DNA of 42,031 bases, taken from Escherichia phage vB_EcoS-Ro145clw. The position numbers and the translations under genes were made by a program. The stretch lies in the sequence record MG852086.2; one strand, 5' to 3'. Positions 26,254 through 34,186 of the stretch are shown here, in pieces. Each line of letters begins with the position of its first letter. Positions within the stretch are counted from its first letter, which is position 1. The notes under the pieces were generated by a model. That model was not told where the DNA came from. It saw only the letters and a list, made by a program, of their open reading frames with translations, and ran no database searches.

Positions 26254-28494
26254 CTATTCCAAATCTTCCTCTGTAACTTTCAGCATCTCATTCGGTTCGT
26301 ATATTGTCTTCGGCCTTAATCTGTCACCTATCTTTTCGGGTATCCGGTATGTGCCGGGGGCAACTTCACCGTTAACATCACACCCGAGCATCAACTCACC
26401 GTCTTTCAGCATCTTCTCAAGATGGTGGTTGGTGATGGCGTGGTCCCCCGAGTTCGCCACTATCTGCCGTTGGGTAAAACCTCGTCCGGTGTCGTCGGAC
26501 TGTTGCAGGTCTTCCAGCGCGGCGAGTATTGATTCCTTACGCCCTTCATCCTTCCCGCGTTTTACAGCATTCTTTACGTTTTCTTTACCTTCCTTTGTCA
26601 GCCCTTCTTCCCGCTCTTTCTCCTCGTCAGTTTTGAATGGCTCGAAGCCCCACGGCATCAACACAAGCGCCTTGTGTGGTTCCGGCAGGTCGAGGTTTAC
26701 GATTGTGCCGTATTCCTCCGTGCTGCCCAGGAACTCCACCGCGCGGTACTCTTTCGGCGGTGGCGCTTCACGGAACTGTACCGACTCCAGCACCATACCA
26801 ACCGTCTTCTGTTGAGGCCCGTGCTTAAATTTAGAGTGGTATACGTTTATCTGACGGTCGGTTGCGCGTTCAATTGTCAGCTCCACGTCGACACCCGCAT
26901 ACAGCGCCCCACTGCCACGGGCTTTCTTTCCACCCTTCGGGGTATGGTGAACAACGCCCACCGCAGCTTTGGTTGCGTCGCGTACTTCTTTCAGGATGGC
27001 AATGACTTTACCCATGCCGATTGCCGTCGATGAACTGTTCTCGTCGAACTTATCAATCGTCAGGGCCAGGGTCTGGTTGAGGGTATCGAACGCGACCATC
27101 CCAATTGGCTCGTCACCCGCGGTTTCGCGCATCAACTTAATCAGGCTTTTCAGTTTTCCGACTTCACCCATGTCGATGACATGTACATAATCTTTACCTT
27201 CCTCGCCATATTTAGCCGCGAGTGCGTCGATGCGTGTGCGTGTAGCAGCACCACCCTCACCGTCGATATAGAAATGGTGGCAACGCTGGGTATCTGCCCC
27301 TGCAAACCGGTATCCGGCGGCGCTAAGGTACATCATCCCCAGCGTATAGAACGATTTGTACGTGCCAGATTCCCCGACGATATCCCAGATACAATCCGAC
27401 GGCATGTACCCTTCAACGACGAAATCAGCCTTTACCGGTTCCGGTAACTCGTCCTCCTCTGGATCCTCGTCGTCTTCCAGGTCGTCCAGGCTGCATGAAA
27501 CATATTCACGTGCACCCCATCCGATGGCCTCTGCAACTTCACTGAACGGCAGCCCGGTCGCATCGCACGCGTATTTCCACACATCTTTCGGTGGCATGCC
27601 TTCTGTCGCCGCAATGTCGGTGTCGTGAATCATGGTTACGTTCGGCGCTTCGTACCCTTCACGTGGGAAACACAGCAGGAAGTCGTCCGGGCGTGGCGTC
27701 GGGTCGCTGTAGTTTTCTGCGTGTTCTGGTGTGGCAGGCATCTTAAGGCCGCGAGGCGTCATGATGCCGCCGTACTCAAACGCCAGCGATTCAAACGCAT
27801 CTGTAAACGCGGTGCGCAGTTCTTCCGGAATCTGGTAGTCAGATGCGCTGCTTACCTCGTAATCCGGGATGCCTTCCAGTAACTCGTCAGGGTCAATCAG
27901 GTCATTGCGGCGCGCCCAGATAACGGTAGAGCCGACCGGCGGCAGGTACATAGGCTGAGACAGAGTGAACCCGCTGCGGTCGGCACCCATGCCTTTGAAG
28001 AAGTGCTCCAGCAATCCGTGACGAACGCGGATGATGTCACCACCTTCAACCGGACGCCCCAGCGGCATGACGACGCGAAAGCGCGGTGACTCATCGGTAT
28101 GTGATGCCGTAGTGTAAAGGCACATAGCCTGACGGCTGCGCTTAACCAGGCACACCACTTCCTGATACTCTTCCGGCGTTGCGCTGTCGAAGTCCAGGTA
28201 CGCCAGCGACGATTTACTTACAGACGCGTCACAGCGATAAAAGAAGCCTTTGCGCGCTTGCTTAAAGTCACCGGTTTCCGGGTCTTTTACGGTGCTGTGC
28301 GTAGCGTCGCACGCGGCAGTAACATAGCCAGGTGCTGTCTTCGGGTTAATTCCGTCGCGAACGGAATCGAGTGGACGGATTAACTCTTTCAGGTCGTCCA
28401 GTGTTGCCGTGTGTGTTGTTCTGACGTTTATATCCTTTTTCTCCGCCCGCGCGTTGCGACGAGACCACGAGTAGGATAAGATTGCATCGGACAT
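26254..28494 (-). CDS. primase-helicase-like replication protein (N-terminal primase-like region plus RecA/AAA_25-like ATPase)
   Basis: 746 aa; SD GAAGGAAA; P-loop IVGESGTYKS and Walker-B-like MVAFDTLNQ; Lys/Glu-rich linker; C-terminal tail ...VTEEDLE. Confidence 0.65.
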   Translation of the reverse strand: MSDAILSYSWSRRNARAEKKDINVRTTHTATLDDLKELIRPLDSVRDGINPKTAPGYVTAACDATHSTVKDPETGDFKQARKGFFYRCDASVSKSSLAYLDFDSATPEEYQEVVCLVKRSRQAMCLYTTASHTDESPRFRVVMPLGRPVEGGDIIRVRHGLLEHFFKGMGADRSGFTLSQPMYLPPVGSTVIWARRNDLIDPDELLEGIPDYEVSSASDYQIPEELRTAFTDAFESLAFEYGGIMTPRGLKMPATPEHAENYSDPTPRPDDFLLCFPREGYEAPNVTMIHDTDIAATEGMPPKDVWKYACDATGLPFSEVAEAIGWGAREYVSCSLDDLEDDEDPEEDELPEPVKADFVVEGYMPSDCIWDIVGESGTYKSFYTLGMMYLSAAGYRFAGADTQRCHHFYIDGEGGAATRTRIDALAAKYGEEGKDYVHVIDMGEVGKLKSLIKLMRETAGDEPIGMVAFDTLNQTLALTIDKFDENSSSTAIGMGKVIAILKEVRDATKAAVGVVHHTPKGGKKARGSGALYAGVDVELTIERATDRQINVYHSKFKHGPQQKTVGMVLESVQFREAPPPKEYRAVEFLGSTEEYGTIVNLDLPEPHKALVLMPWGFEPFKTDEEKEREEGLTKEGKENVKNAVKRGKDEGRKESILAALEDLQQSDDTGRGFTQRQIVANSGDHAITNHHLEKMLKDGELMLGCDVNGEVAPGTYRIPEKIGDRLRPKTIYEPNEMLKVTEEDLE

Positions 28495-28552
28495 GTTGTG
28501 TTTCCTTCAGCAAGTAATTTGGCCTCGGCGTTCACCGCGTCGGGGCTTTCTT

Positions 28553-28786
28553 TTATTCCAGGTCTTCTAAAGTAGCGGTCATTCCGCGAACTTCTGCAAC
28601 AGCGCTATATTTCCCGCCAACGTTTTTTACGACACCGGATTTAACCAGCACGCGTAACGACGCTTCAATAATGGCGGAACTATAGTACTTAAAATAACTG
28701 CGGCGCAAGTCAAGAACACTACACGACCCTTTTTTACGTGTAAGCGAAACTACCGCCGTAAATACTCGTGACTGGAACTCTGTCAT
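28553..28786 (-). CDS. hypothetical protein (77 aa) ending in LEDLE
   Basis: ORF coupled to upstream AlpA-like gene; shares the C-terminal DLE tail with primase and exonuclease. Confidence 0.4.
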   Translation of the reverse strand: MTEFQSRVFTAVVSLTRKKGSCSVLDLRRSYFKYYSSAIIEASLRVLVKSGVVKNVGGKYSAVAEVRGMTATLEDLE

Positions 28787-28953
28787 TTCACATTCTCCTT
28801 AATCCACGCTTCCACTTTATCCGGGTCAAACGTACCTGGCTGACGGCGGCCCATAATGCGGATACAGCAATCAGGGAACTTCCCACTCTTTAACCAGTTA
28901 TTCAGCGTTCGACGAGTAACCCCGATACGCTCGGCTACCTCATTCTGCGTCAT
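28783..28953 (-). CDS. AlpA/Xis-like HTH DNA-binding protein
   Basis: 56 aa from ATG 28953 (SD GAGGG); MTQNEVAERIGVTRRTLNNWLKSGKFP...VEAWI fits the AlpA-type HTH pattern. Confidence 0.55.
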   Translation of the reverse strand: MTQNEVAERIGVTRRTLNNWLKSGKFPDCCIRIMGRRQPGTFDPDKVEAWIKENVK

Positions 28954-28985
28954 TCTCAAACCCTCATTATCAGTTAACGAAACCA

Positions 28986-29014
28986 AGTATACATTGCGAA
29001 TAATGGGAAATCAA
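28986..29014 (-). promoter_or_regulatory. sigma70-like promoter TTGATT-N17-TATACT
   Basis: Minus strand reads TTGATTTCCCATTATTCGCAATGTATACT about 30 nt upstream of ATG 28953. Confidence 0.45.
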
Positions 29015-29293
29015 ACATAATCTCACCTATTGACATTACGGAAATCTTCGTTTAAGGTGCTTCTATATCTTAGTTACTTTGATTCCTGTTCACCTTGTAA
29101 AACCCGCCGAAAACGAGCGCACAACGCGAAGTGTTAGGCGGCAGTTTACTGAACATTCGAATTATCGTAACTTCCCTTCCTTAGTATCTCAGTTGCCCTG
29201 GGCAAGCTCTATTCTCATCGGCAGCATATCTCTTAAGTAACTGATTTTTTTAATGTGCTGTAGATTCGCAACCGTAAAAATGTAACGATTATT

Positions 29294-29317
29294 GGGCAGG
29301 CTTAAGGCCTGCCCTTT
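29294..29317 (+). other. GC hairpin GGGCAGGC TTAAG GCCTGCCC followed by TTT inside long intergenic region
   Basis: Perfect 8 bp stem; no gene upstream on the plus strand. Confidence 0.35.
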
Positions 29318-29384
29318 AGTTACCAAGTAATAAGAATAAAGGCACATCCCTACCTGAAGAATCACAACGGCAACGAATCTTTGC

Positions 29385-29413
29385 TTGCATACCCCAATAT
29401 AATAGGCTACTAT
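29385..29413 (+). promoter_or_regulatory. sigma70-like promoter TTGCAT-N17-TACTAT with AATAG-GCTA-CTATT (site C)
   Basis: TTGCATACCCCAATATAATAGGCTACTATTCACTT; near-identical to site A; about 30 nt upstream of ATG 29448. Confidence 0.5.
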
Positions 29414-29447
29414 TCACTTATCGAAACGAGACAGAGGGGTGAGGGTT

Positions 29448-29633
29448 ATGTTTAAGAAGGGTCAGTTGGTCAGGGACAAACAAACCGGCGATTTATTCGA
29501 GGTAATAGAATCGAATTTAATGTGGTTTGGTTTTGTAGAGGTTAATAGCGCGGCGGGCTACGGAAAGGGTTTACTTCGTAAGTGCGATTTAGAACTCATC
29601 GGCAACAATTTTAAATTCAAAGGGGCGAAGTGA
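29448..29633 (+). CDS. hypothetical early protein (61 aa)
   Basis: ATG with SD GAGGGG/GAGGG; first gene after promoter site C. Confidence 0.45.
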   Translation: MFKKGQLVRDKQTGDLFEVIESNLMWFGFVEVNSAAGYGKGLLRKCDLELIGNNFKFKGAK

Positions 29634-29887
29634 TGGAAGAATTAATTTGTATTGAATCTGAACCAGATGTGCAGGGTTGGTTTGTAAAAGGTAACAAGTA
29701 TTCGTCTGGAGTATATTACGACGGCCGTCGATACGTTTTAGATGAAGACGGTGATGAATGGGATTTAGAGGACGCGGTTGGAGGAACTTTAACTATTAGT
29801 TTCTTCAATGCTGTTGCCGCCTCATTCACAACGGCATCGAATCATGATGCGAGTGCCGACGACTCTGAGGGAGGTTGCCGTGAATAA
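29633..29887 (+). CDS. hypothetical acidic early protein (84 aa)
   Basis: ATG overlaps upstream stop (TGATG); acidic. Confidence 0.45.
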   Translation: MEELICIESEPDVQGWFVKGNKYSSGVYYDGRRYVLDEDGDEWDLEDAVGGTLTISFFNAVAASFTTASNHDASADDSEGGCRE

Positions 29888-29947
29888 TTACCCGTTTATT
29901 TTAATTGTCAGCGCCGTTTATGTGGCGCACGCGTTATGGGGGTTGGT

Positions 29948-30112
29948 ATGAGAGAAGCATTTGAACGCTGGGCCGTAGTCGAGGGGCTGCCGGTTAACAA
30001 GGGTTCGAAGAAAGAGTACCTGAACGTTAAGACGCGTCTCGCGTGGCGGGCGTGGAAAGCTGGCGTTCGAACTGCGATGAATAAGGAGGTGAAACATGAG
30101 CGAGTGGATTAA
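29948..30112 (+). CDS. small hypothetical protein (54 aa)
   Basis: SD GGGGG 5 nt upstream; overlaps next gene start by 17 nt; below cut-off. Confidence 0.3.
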   Translation: MREAFERWAVVEGLPVNKGSKKEYLNVKTRLAWRAWKAGVRTAMNKEVKHERVD

Positions 30113-30305
30113 GTGTAGTGAGCAGATGCCACCTAAAATGACCGGAGTTCTGGTTGCTACTGAGTTCTGGCATAAAGGTGACTGGCGTATGAAGTGGGCT
30201 ACTTATGTGCCTGGGCATCCGGATGCTGACGATGGGTGGCTGATTCCTGGTGCTTCCTGGAAGCCATCACACTGGATGCCGTTACCAGAGCCACCGGAAG
30301 TGTGA
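30096..30305 (+). CDS. DUF551-like small phage protein
   Basis: 69 aa; strong SD AAGGAGGTG; N-terminal WIKCSEQMPP and C-terminal HWMPLPEPP resemble the DUF551 family. Confidence 0.5.
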   Translation: MSEWIKCSEQMPPKMTGVLVATEFWHKGDWRMKWATYVPGHPDADDGWLIPGASWKPSHWMPLPEPPEV

Positions 30306-30337
30306 TGTTCAATAGTTTGGGATTTTACTGAGTGACT

Positions 30338-30375
30338 TACGCTGCTACACAGCAGCGTATCATTTTTCTCATTTT
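30338..30375 (+). terminator. intrinsic terminator
   Basis: ACGCTGCT ACAC AGCAGCGT followed by ATCATTTTTCTCATTTTT. Confidence 0.55.
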
Positions 30376-30429
30376 TGTTCTATTTCACCAAACGCAACAA
30401 TCGACGAGACTATTGCAGGAGATGCAACA

Positions 30430-30606
30430 ATGAAAACGTTCACAGAGAAACTTATGGAGTGCGTTGCGAAGCGAGATGCTGCGGCTCGTAGTTACCGTAA
30501 ATGCGCCAACTGCGGCAGCGGGCAGGTACAGTTAATCTCGTACCTGGGCGACTCGGTTACGCATAAGTGTCGAAAGTGCTGTCACGTGAATGCGCAACCC
30601 CAATAA
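30430..30606 (+). CDS. small zinc-ribbon-like protein (58 aa)
   Basis: SD AGGAG 9 nt upstream; CANCG ... CRKCC pattern; below cut-off. Confidence 0.4.
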   Translation: MKTFTEKLMECVAKRDAAARSYRKCANCGSGQVQLISYLGDSVTHKCRKCCHVNAQPQ

Positions 30607-30613
30607 AATTTAC

Positions 30614-30642
30614 TTGCACACTTGAATAGAATAGGCTACTAT
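30614..30642 (+). promoter_or_regulatory. sigma70-like promoter TTGCAC-N17-TACTAT with AATAG-GCTA-CTATT (site D)
   Basis: TTGCACACTTGAATAGAATAGGCTACTATTCATTT; leader then GAGAGGAGAGACAGAG before ATG 30673. Confidence 0.5.
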
Positions 30643-30672
30643 TCATTTACACGAACGAGAGGAGAGACAGAG

Positions 30673-30822
30673 ATGGTTACTTTGATGGTTATGGAGTTTG
30701 AAAACAGCGCAGCAACTTACCGCGAGATTACTATGGTGCAGGCGTATCACCTGGCCTCAAACGGCAACTTCTACAAGGCTCAAATCATCAATGAGTTTGG
30801 GGTAATTGACTATGAATTTTAA
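30673..30822 (+). CDS. hypothetical early protein (49 aa)
   Basis: ATG with SD GAGAGGAG; first gene after promoter site D. Confidence 0.4.
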   Translation: MVTLMVMEFENSAATYREITMVQAYHLASNGNFYKAQIINEFGVIDYEF

Positions 30823-31081
30823 CAGTTACACCGTGACTGTTGATTTTGAGGGGCTGGAGTTGCCCCTCCCTAACAACTACCGGTACATAACTCGAGACCG
30901 TTTCGGGTTTATCCAGGGGTGGCGTAACAAACCAACAGACACTGAGTTCGGGATGTCAGGAGGGGAAGAGTTGCCGATTACTTTTGGGCATCAGAGTAGC
31001 AACGAAGAACTTAAAACGGTGATTCGTAAGTATCGCCGCCGTAACACCGGGCTTATCGCAATAACAGGCGCTGCTGAATAA
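30812..31081 (+). CDS. hypothetical protein (89 aa)
   Basis: ATG 30812 overlapping upstream gene end; no motif. Confidence 0.4.
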   Translation: MNFNSYTVTVDFEGLELPLPNNYRYITRDRFGFIQGWRNKPTDTEFGMSGGEELPITFGHQSSNEELKTVIRKYRRRNTGLIAITGAAE

Positions 31082-31100
31082 GCTAGAGGAGAGACAGAAG

Positions 31101-31211
31101 ATGAAAGATTATAGCGAAGTAACTTTAGGTGAGTTGCAGGACGAGTACGAAGATACGCTGTACCCGTTCATCTGCGACGGAGATTACAACGGCGTCTATA
31201 ACGGGGAGTGA
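31101..31211 (+). CDS. small acidic hypothetical protein (36 aa)
   Basis: SD AGGAGAGACAGA (same leader motif as 30657..30672); below cut-off. Confidence 0.3.
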   Translation: MKDYSEVTLGELQDEYEDTLYPFICDGDYNGVYNGE

Positions 31212-31216
31212 AGAAT

Positions 31217-31579
31217 ATGAGTAACAAAAACGAAGTATTCGAGTACCTGATTGACCAACTACGGCAACAGGTAAACAGCAATCAGTGCGAAGACCTGGCG
31301 CACGAGGTGCAGTCACTTAAGAATCAGTTACGCGATGCGTCGGCGCTGGTGGCTGAGTTACAGAGTGAGTTGCAGCATCAGATTGACCTGGCGGCGGGTG
31401 TGTATAGATGGTCTACCGCATATTTCGACGAGAAAGGTAAAGTCACCAGGGTGGAGCGCGGGGTTAAGAGCGAGCAATCAGGTTGCCGTAAAGAAGATAC
31501 ACAGGAATGCGGGCATGATTGGTACTTTTACGATAAAGGCACATCGATGATGTGCAAGAAATGCGGGCTGAAGAAATGA
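31217..31579 (+). CDS. coiled-coil protein with C-terminal zinc-ribbon-like motif
   Basis: 120 aa from ATG 31217 (SD GGGGAG); CRKED..C-H ... CKKCG. Confidence 0.45.
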   Translation: MSNKNEVFEYLIDQLRQQVNSNQCEDLAHEVQSLKNQLRDASALVAELQSELQHQIDLAAGVYRWSTAYFDEKGKVTRVERGVKSEQSGCRKEDTQECGHDWYFYDKGTSMMCKKCGLKK

Positions 31580-31779
31580 CCAGCATCTTATTTATCTGGG
31601 TATTATACGCGGGCCAGATGCAACTAGCGGCATCAGAAACGTTTTACTCGATGGAGGCGTGCCAGTCAGCGGCACGCGCCGCAGAGAACGCGCACTTCCT
31701 GTTTCAGGGAGACAAGCCCAACGATTCAGAGGTGCGCGCTATCTGCTCACCTAAGCGACTTGGTAAACAGGAGAAGTAA
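31576..31779 (+). CDS. hypothetical protein with N-terminal hydrophobic/signal-like segment (67 aa)
   Basis: ATGA overlap with upstream gene; MTSILFIWVLYAGQMQLAAS hydrophobic N-terminus. Confidence 0.4.
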   Translation: MTSILFIWVLYAGQMQLAASETFYSMEACQSAARAAENAHFLFQGDKPNDSEVRAICSPKRLGKQEK

Positions 31780-31781
31780 TT

Positions 31782-31964
31782 ATGGTACAGAGATATAGCT
31801 ACAACCCGATGTTCGGGTTTACTCCTGATGTTGAAGGCGGGTTAGTGCTTTACGAAGATTACGTGAAACTCGAAGCCGAGTTACAGAAATACAAAGACCA
31901 GTTCCCTGATTACGTCGAGTGCGCTAATTGTGGGTCGGTTACACATGTGGAAGGGGTGGAGTGA
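31782..31964 (+). CDS. hypothetical protein (60 aa)
   Basis: ORF with C-terminal CANCG motif; coupled to neighbours. Confidence 0.4.
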   Translation: MVQRYSYNPMFGFTPDVEGGLVLYEDYVKLEAELQKYKDQFPDYVECANCGSVTHVEGVE

Positions 31965-32257
31965 TGTCGTTAGCAACTGACATCCTGAAACGAAGCGGCC
32001 TCGCGCCGCTGTCACCAAGAGCGAACACCCAGATATACAAGCGCCGCCGTAACGCGCTGTTCCCTGAGATTCAGGCCAGACTCAAAGCTGTCCGCGCCTG
32101 TGGATTCCAGAACGGGAAGGCCGTGAATCTCGGTGAGTTTAAAACAAAGGAACGAGCGGCAATCGCTAATCGGCTATTTAATTACTGGAAATCGCTCGGG
32201 TATGAAGATATTCCGACGAAACCACAGAGACGACAATACATCTGGAGACACAAATAA
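31964..32257 (+). CDS. hypothetical basic protein (97 aa)
   Basis: ATG 31964 overlaps upstream stop (TGATG); Arg/Lys-rich. Confidence 0.4.
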   Translation: MSLATDILKRSGLAPLSPRANTQIYKRRRNALFPEIQARLKAVRACGFQNGKAVNLGEFKTKERAAIANRLFNYWKSLGYEDIPTKPQRRQYIWRHK

Positions 32258-32287
32258 ACCGTTATTAAGATAATTCCTAACCGTGCT

Positions 32288-32327
32288 ATCCTCCAGTTAC
32301 TGCATACTTAATACGCACCTGGAGGAT
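32288..32327 (+). promoter_or_regulatory. stem-loop sequestering the holin ribosome-binding site
   Basis: ATCCTCCAG (32288..32296) pairs perfectly with CTGGAGGAT (32319..32327), which contains the SD GGAGGA for the TTG start at 32333. Confidence 0.35.
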
Positions 32328-32332
32328 TCATC

Positions 32333-32641
32333 TTGGATAAACTTACTGAAACAGTGACAGGCTGGCTTCTGGCTGCCGCACTCGCCGGAGGGGTAATCGG
32401 ACTACGACAACATAAGTCCGCTATTTCCGGCCCTATTGACGGATTCTGCTTTATTGCAACTGGCTTCACCTGCGCCGTATTTGGTGCGCCCCTCGCCGCT
32501 CAATGGTTTGGAATCACGGGCGAGCGCGAAATCGCTGGCCTTGGCTTCATTATCGCTATTCTCTGGATGCCTATCTATTCCCGTCTCTCCGGTATCGTCG
32601 CTGGAGAATACATCGCACGTCGAGGAGGCACAGATGAATGA
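32333..32641 (+). CDS. holin (putative, about 3 transmembrane segments)
   Basis: 102 aa, TTG start with SD GGAGGA 6 nt upstream; three hydrophobic segments and charged C-terminus; immediately upstream of endolysin cassette. Confidence 0.5.
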   Translation: MDKLTETVTGWLLAAALAGGVIGLRQHKSAISGPIDGFCFIATGFTCAVFGAPLAAQWFGITGEREIAGLGFIIAILWMPIYSRLSGIVAGEYIARRGGTDE

Positions 32642-32906
32642 GTTATTCTGGTTCGGCGGTATGCTGGCAATCGGAGGCACATCGCTGTTTAATGTGTATC
32701 ACCCCAGCGTGGACGACGGGCTATTCGGTCGGGTGCTCTATATCCTGACCGCTATTGTCTGCGCCGCCGGATGTATCCACCTGTTACAGGGCAGTATGTC
32801 ACCTACGCTGCCTGAGACATTAATCACATTAGTTGCGCTGCGTCAGATTCGTCATGCGTGGCTGTCGTACGGAGGACATAAGCGTGTCTCGAAACATTTC
32901 AGATAA
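32634..32906 (+). CDS. second small membrane protein of the lysis cassette (holin/antiholin-like, putative)
   Basis: 90 aa from ATG 32634 with SD GAGGAGG 5 nt upstream; two hydrophobic segments. Confidence 0.4.
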   Translation: MNELFWFGGMLAIGGTSLFNVYHPSVDDGLFGRVLYILTAIVCAAGCIHLLQGSMSPTLPETLITLVALRQIRHAWLSYGGHKRVSKHFR

Positions 32907-33372
32907 TGGGCTGCATTTCACCGCCGCGTTCGAGGGGTTCCGCGGGGCCGCCTACCGCGCTACGCCGAACGAGAAGTACCTGACGATAGGCTATGGGCAC
33001 TACGGGCCGGACGTAACACCTGGCAAGACCATCACCCCCGGGCAAGGCCTCCTGCTACTTAATCGTGATATGGCTAAGGCTGCAGCTGCGGTTGATGCTG
33101 CAGCGCACCATTCGCTGACACAGGCACAGTTCGACGCTGTGTGTGACCTGGTCTATAATGCAGGTGCAGGTGTGATTGCAGCTACCACCGGCACGGGTAA
33201 GGCGCTGCGCTCGGGGGATATTGCAACGCTGCGGGCTAAGCTGGCGCTGTTTATCAACCAGAACGGCAAGCCGTTACTCGGCCTGCGGCGCCGTACTGCC
33301 GGACGTCTTGCACTGTTCGACGGTAAACTGTGGCAGGAGGCCGAGGCTATTGGGCGCGCGGTGAAAGGTTGA
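32884..33372 (+). CDS. endolysin, T4-lysozyme-like glycoside hydrolase (GH24)
   Basis: 162 aa from GTG 32884 with SD GGAGGA 7 nt upstream; FEGFRGAAYRATPNEKYLTIGYGH matches the lysozyme catalytic Glu ... TIGxGH motif. Confidence 0.75.
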   Translation: MSRNISDNGLHFTAAFEGFRGAAYRATPNEKYLTIGYGHYGPDVTPGKTITPGQGLLLLNRDMAKAAAAVDAAAHHSLTQAQFDAVCDLVYNAGAGVIAATTGTGKALRSGDIATLRAKLALFINQNGKPLLGLRRRTAGRLALFDGKLWQEAEAIGRAVKG

Positions 33373-33437
33373 CACCTGAGACTAATCCGACGATACTTAA
33401 ATCACCTCCTGTTTCATCCCTCTGCTCTCCAGTTTTA

Positions 33438-33469
33438 TCCCGGCCCTGACCCAGCCGGGATTTTTTTTT
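33438..33469 (+). terminator. strong intrinsic terminator after endolysin
   Basis: TCCCGGC CCTGACCCA GCCGGGA followed by nine T. Confidence 0.7.
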
Positions 33470-33491
33470 ATCTATTTTCTGTAATGACTAG

Positions 33492-33520
33492 TTGACTATT
33501 ACCTACGACCCTATTATATT
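33492..33520 (+). promoter_or_regulatory. sigma70-like promoter TTGACT-N17-TATATT
   Basis: TTGACTATTACCTACGACCCTATTATATT upstream of the small-gene string starting at 33554. Confidence 0.45.
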
Positions 33521-33553
33521 TACTTCATCGACAACGAGAACGGAGTAGAGAAG

Positions 33554-33631
33554 ATGAGTAACTTCCATAATGAGCATGTGATGCAGTTCTATCGTCATAA
33601 TCTGAAAACTAAAGGAGTGTTTGGGAAATGA
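33554..33631 (+). CDS. tiny hypothetical ORF (25 aa)
   Basis: SD GGAG upstream; stop overlaps next start (ATGA); very short so weakly supported. Confidence 0.25.
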   Translation: MSNFHNEHVMQFYRHNLKTKGVFGK

Positions 33632-33777
33632 AAATCACAGATATCGAAGCATTCAAAGACGCACAACTGATGGCACGCATCGCCGTCAATAACCTGAGCA
33701 GCAATATCCCGGCTGACGCGTTCTGGGCCGCCGCGATGCGGGTACTGAAAGCAGCTTATGTAGGAGAGAAGAAATGA
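33628..33777 (+). CDS. small hypothetical protein (49 aa)
   Basis: SD AAGGAG; ATGA coupling on both sides; antisense to the rejected minus ORF 33686..34192. Confidence 0.35.
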   Translation: MKITDIEAFKDAQLMARIAVNNLSSNIPADAFWAAAMRVLKAAYVGEKK

Positions 33778-33944
33778 GCGAAGAAATTAGAGAACGAAGT
33801 AAAGTACTTCTACCGTTGTGGGTGGGATATAAAGTCGGCCACACCCCGTTCCCAACACGTGAGGAACTGATGAAACGTAACAGTTTCCCGGGGCCGGACA
33901 AGAACAAGTATCTCAATCGCATGTGGGGAGAGCGTAAAGAATGA
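33774..33944 (+). CDS. small hypothetical protein (56 aa)
   Basis: ATGA coupling on both sides. Confidence 0.35.
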   Translation: MSEEIRERSKVLLPLWVGYKVGHTPFPTREELMKRNSFPGPDKNKYLNRMWGERKE

Positions 33945-34186
33945 CTGACCGTGAATACGAAAAGATGATGGTAGAGGCGGTTAACGGCGGCGTAGACATC
34001 GGTCACGTGATGCACGTCCTGAATACTAAAATCGCGGTAGCGGAGCAAATGGTTGAGTCGCTTTATGAGACCCGCCGCGAACTGATTAACCGCTTCAACC
34101 TGAACAAGTGCGAACATGAGTTCGACTACAATCCGAAGGATATGTGCGGGCAGTGTATTAAATGCGGGGTACAGCGTCATGCCTAA
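33941..34186 (+). CDS. small zinc-ribbon-like protein (81 aa)
   Basis: CEHEF ... CGQCIKCG motif; coupled starts. Confidence 0.45.
   Translation: MTDREYEKMMVEAVNGGVDIGHVMHVLNTKIAVAEQMVESLYETRRELINRFNLNKCEHEFDYNPKDMCGQCIKCGVQRHA

Noticed and set aside
26351-28094. Multiple plus-strand ORFs inside the primase-helicase gene (for example 26351..26815, 26674..27033)
   Set aside because: Overlap a long minus-strand gene with P-loop motifs; translations are Ser/Arg/Pro-rich with no SDs.
29881-29949. 22-codon GTG-initiated hydrophobic peptide
   Set aside because: Too short, non-ATG start and no SD; cannot be supported from sequence.
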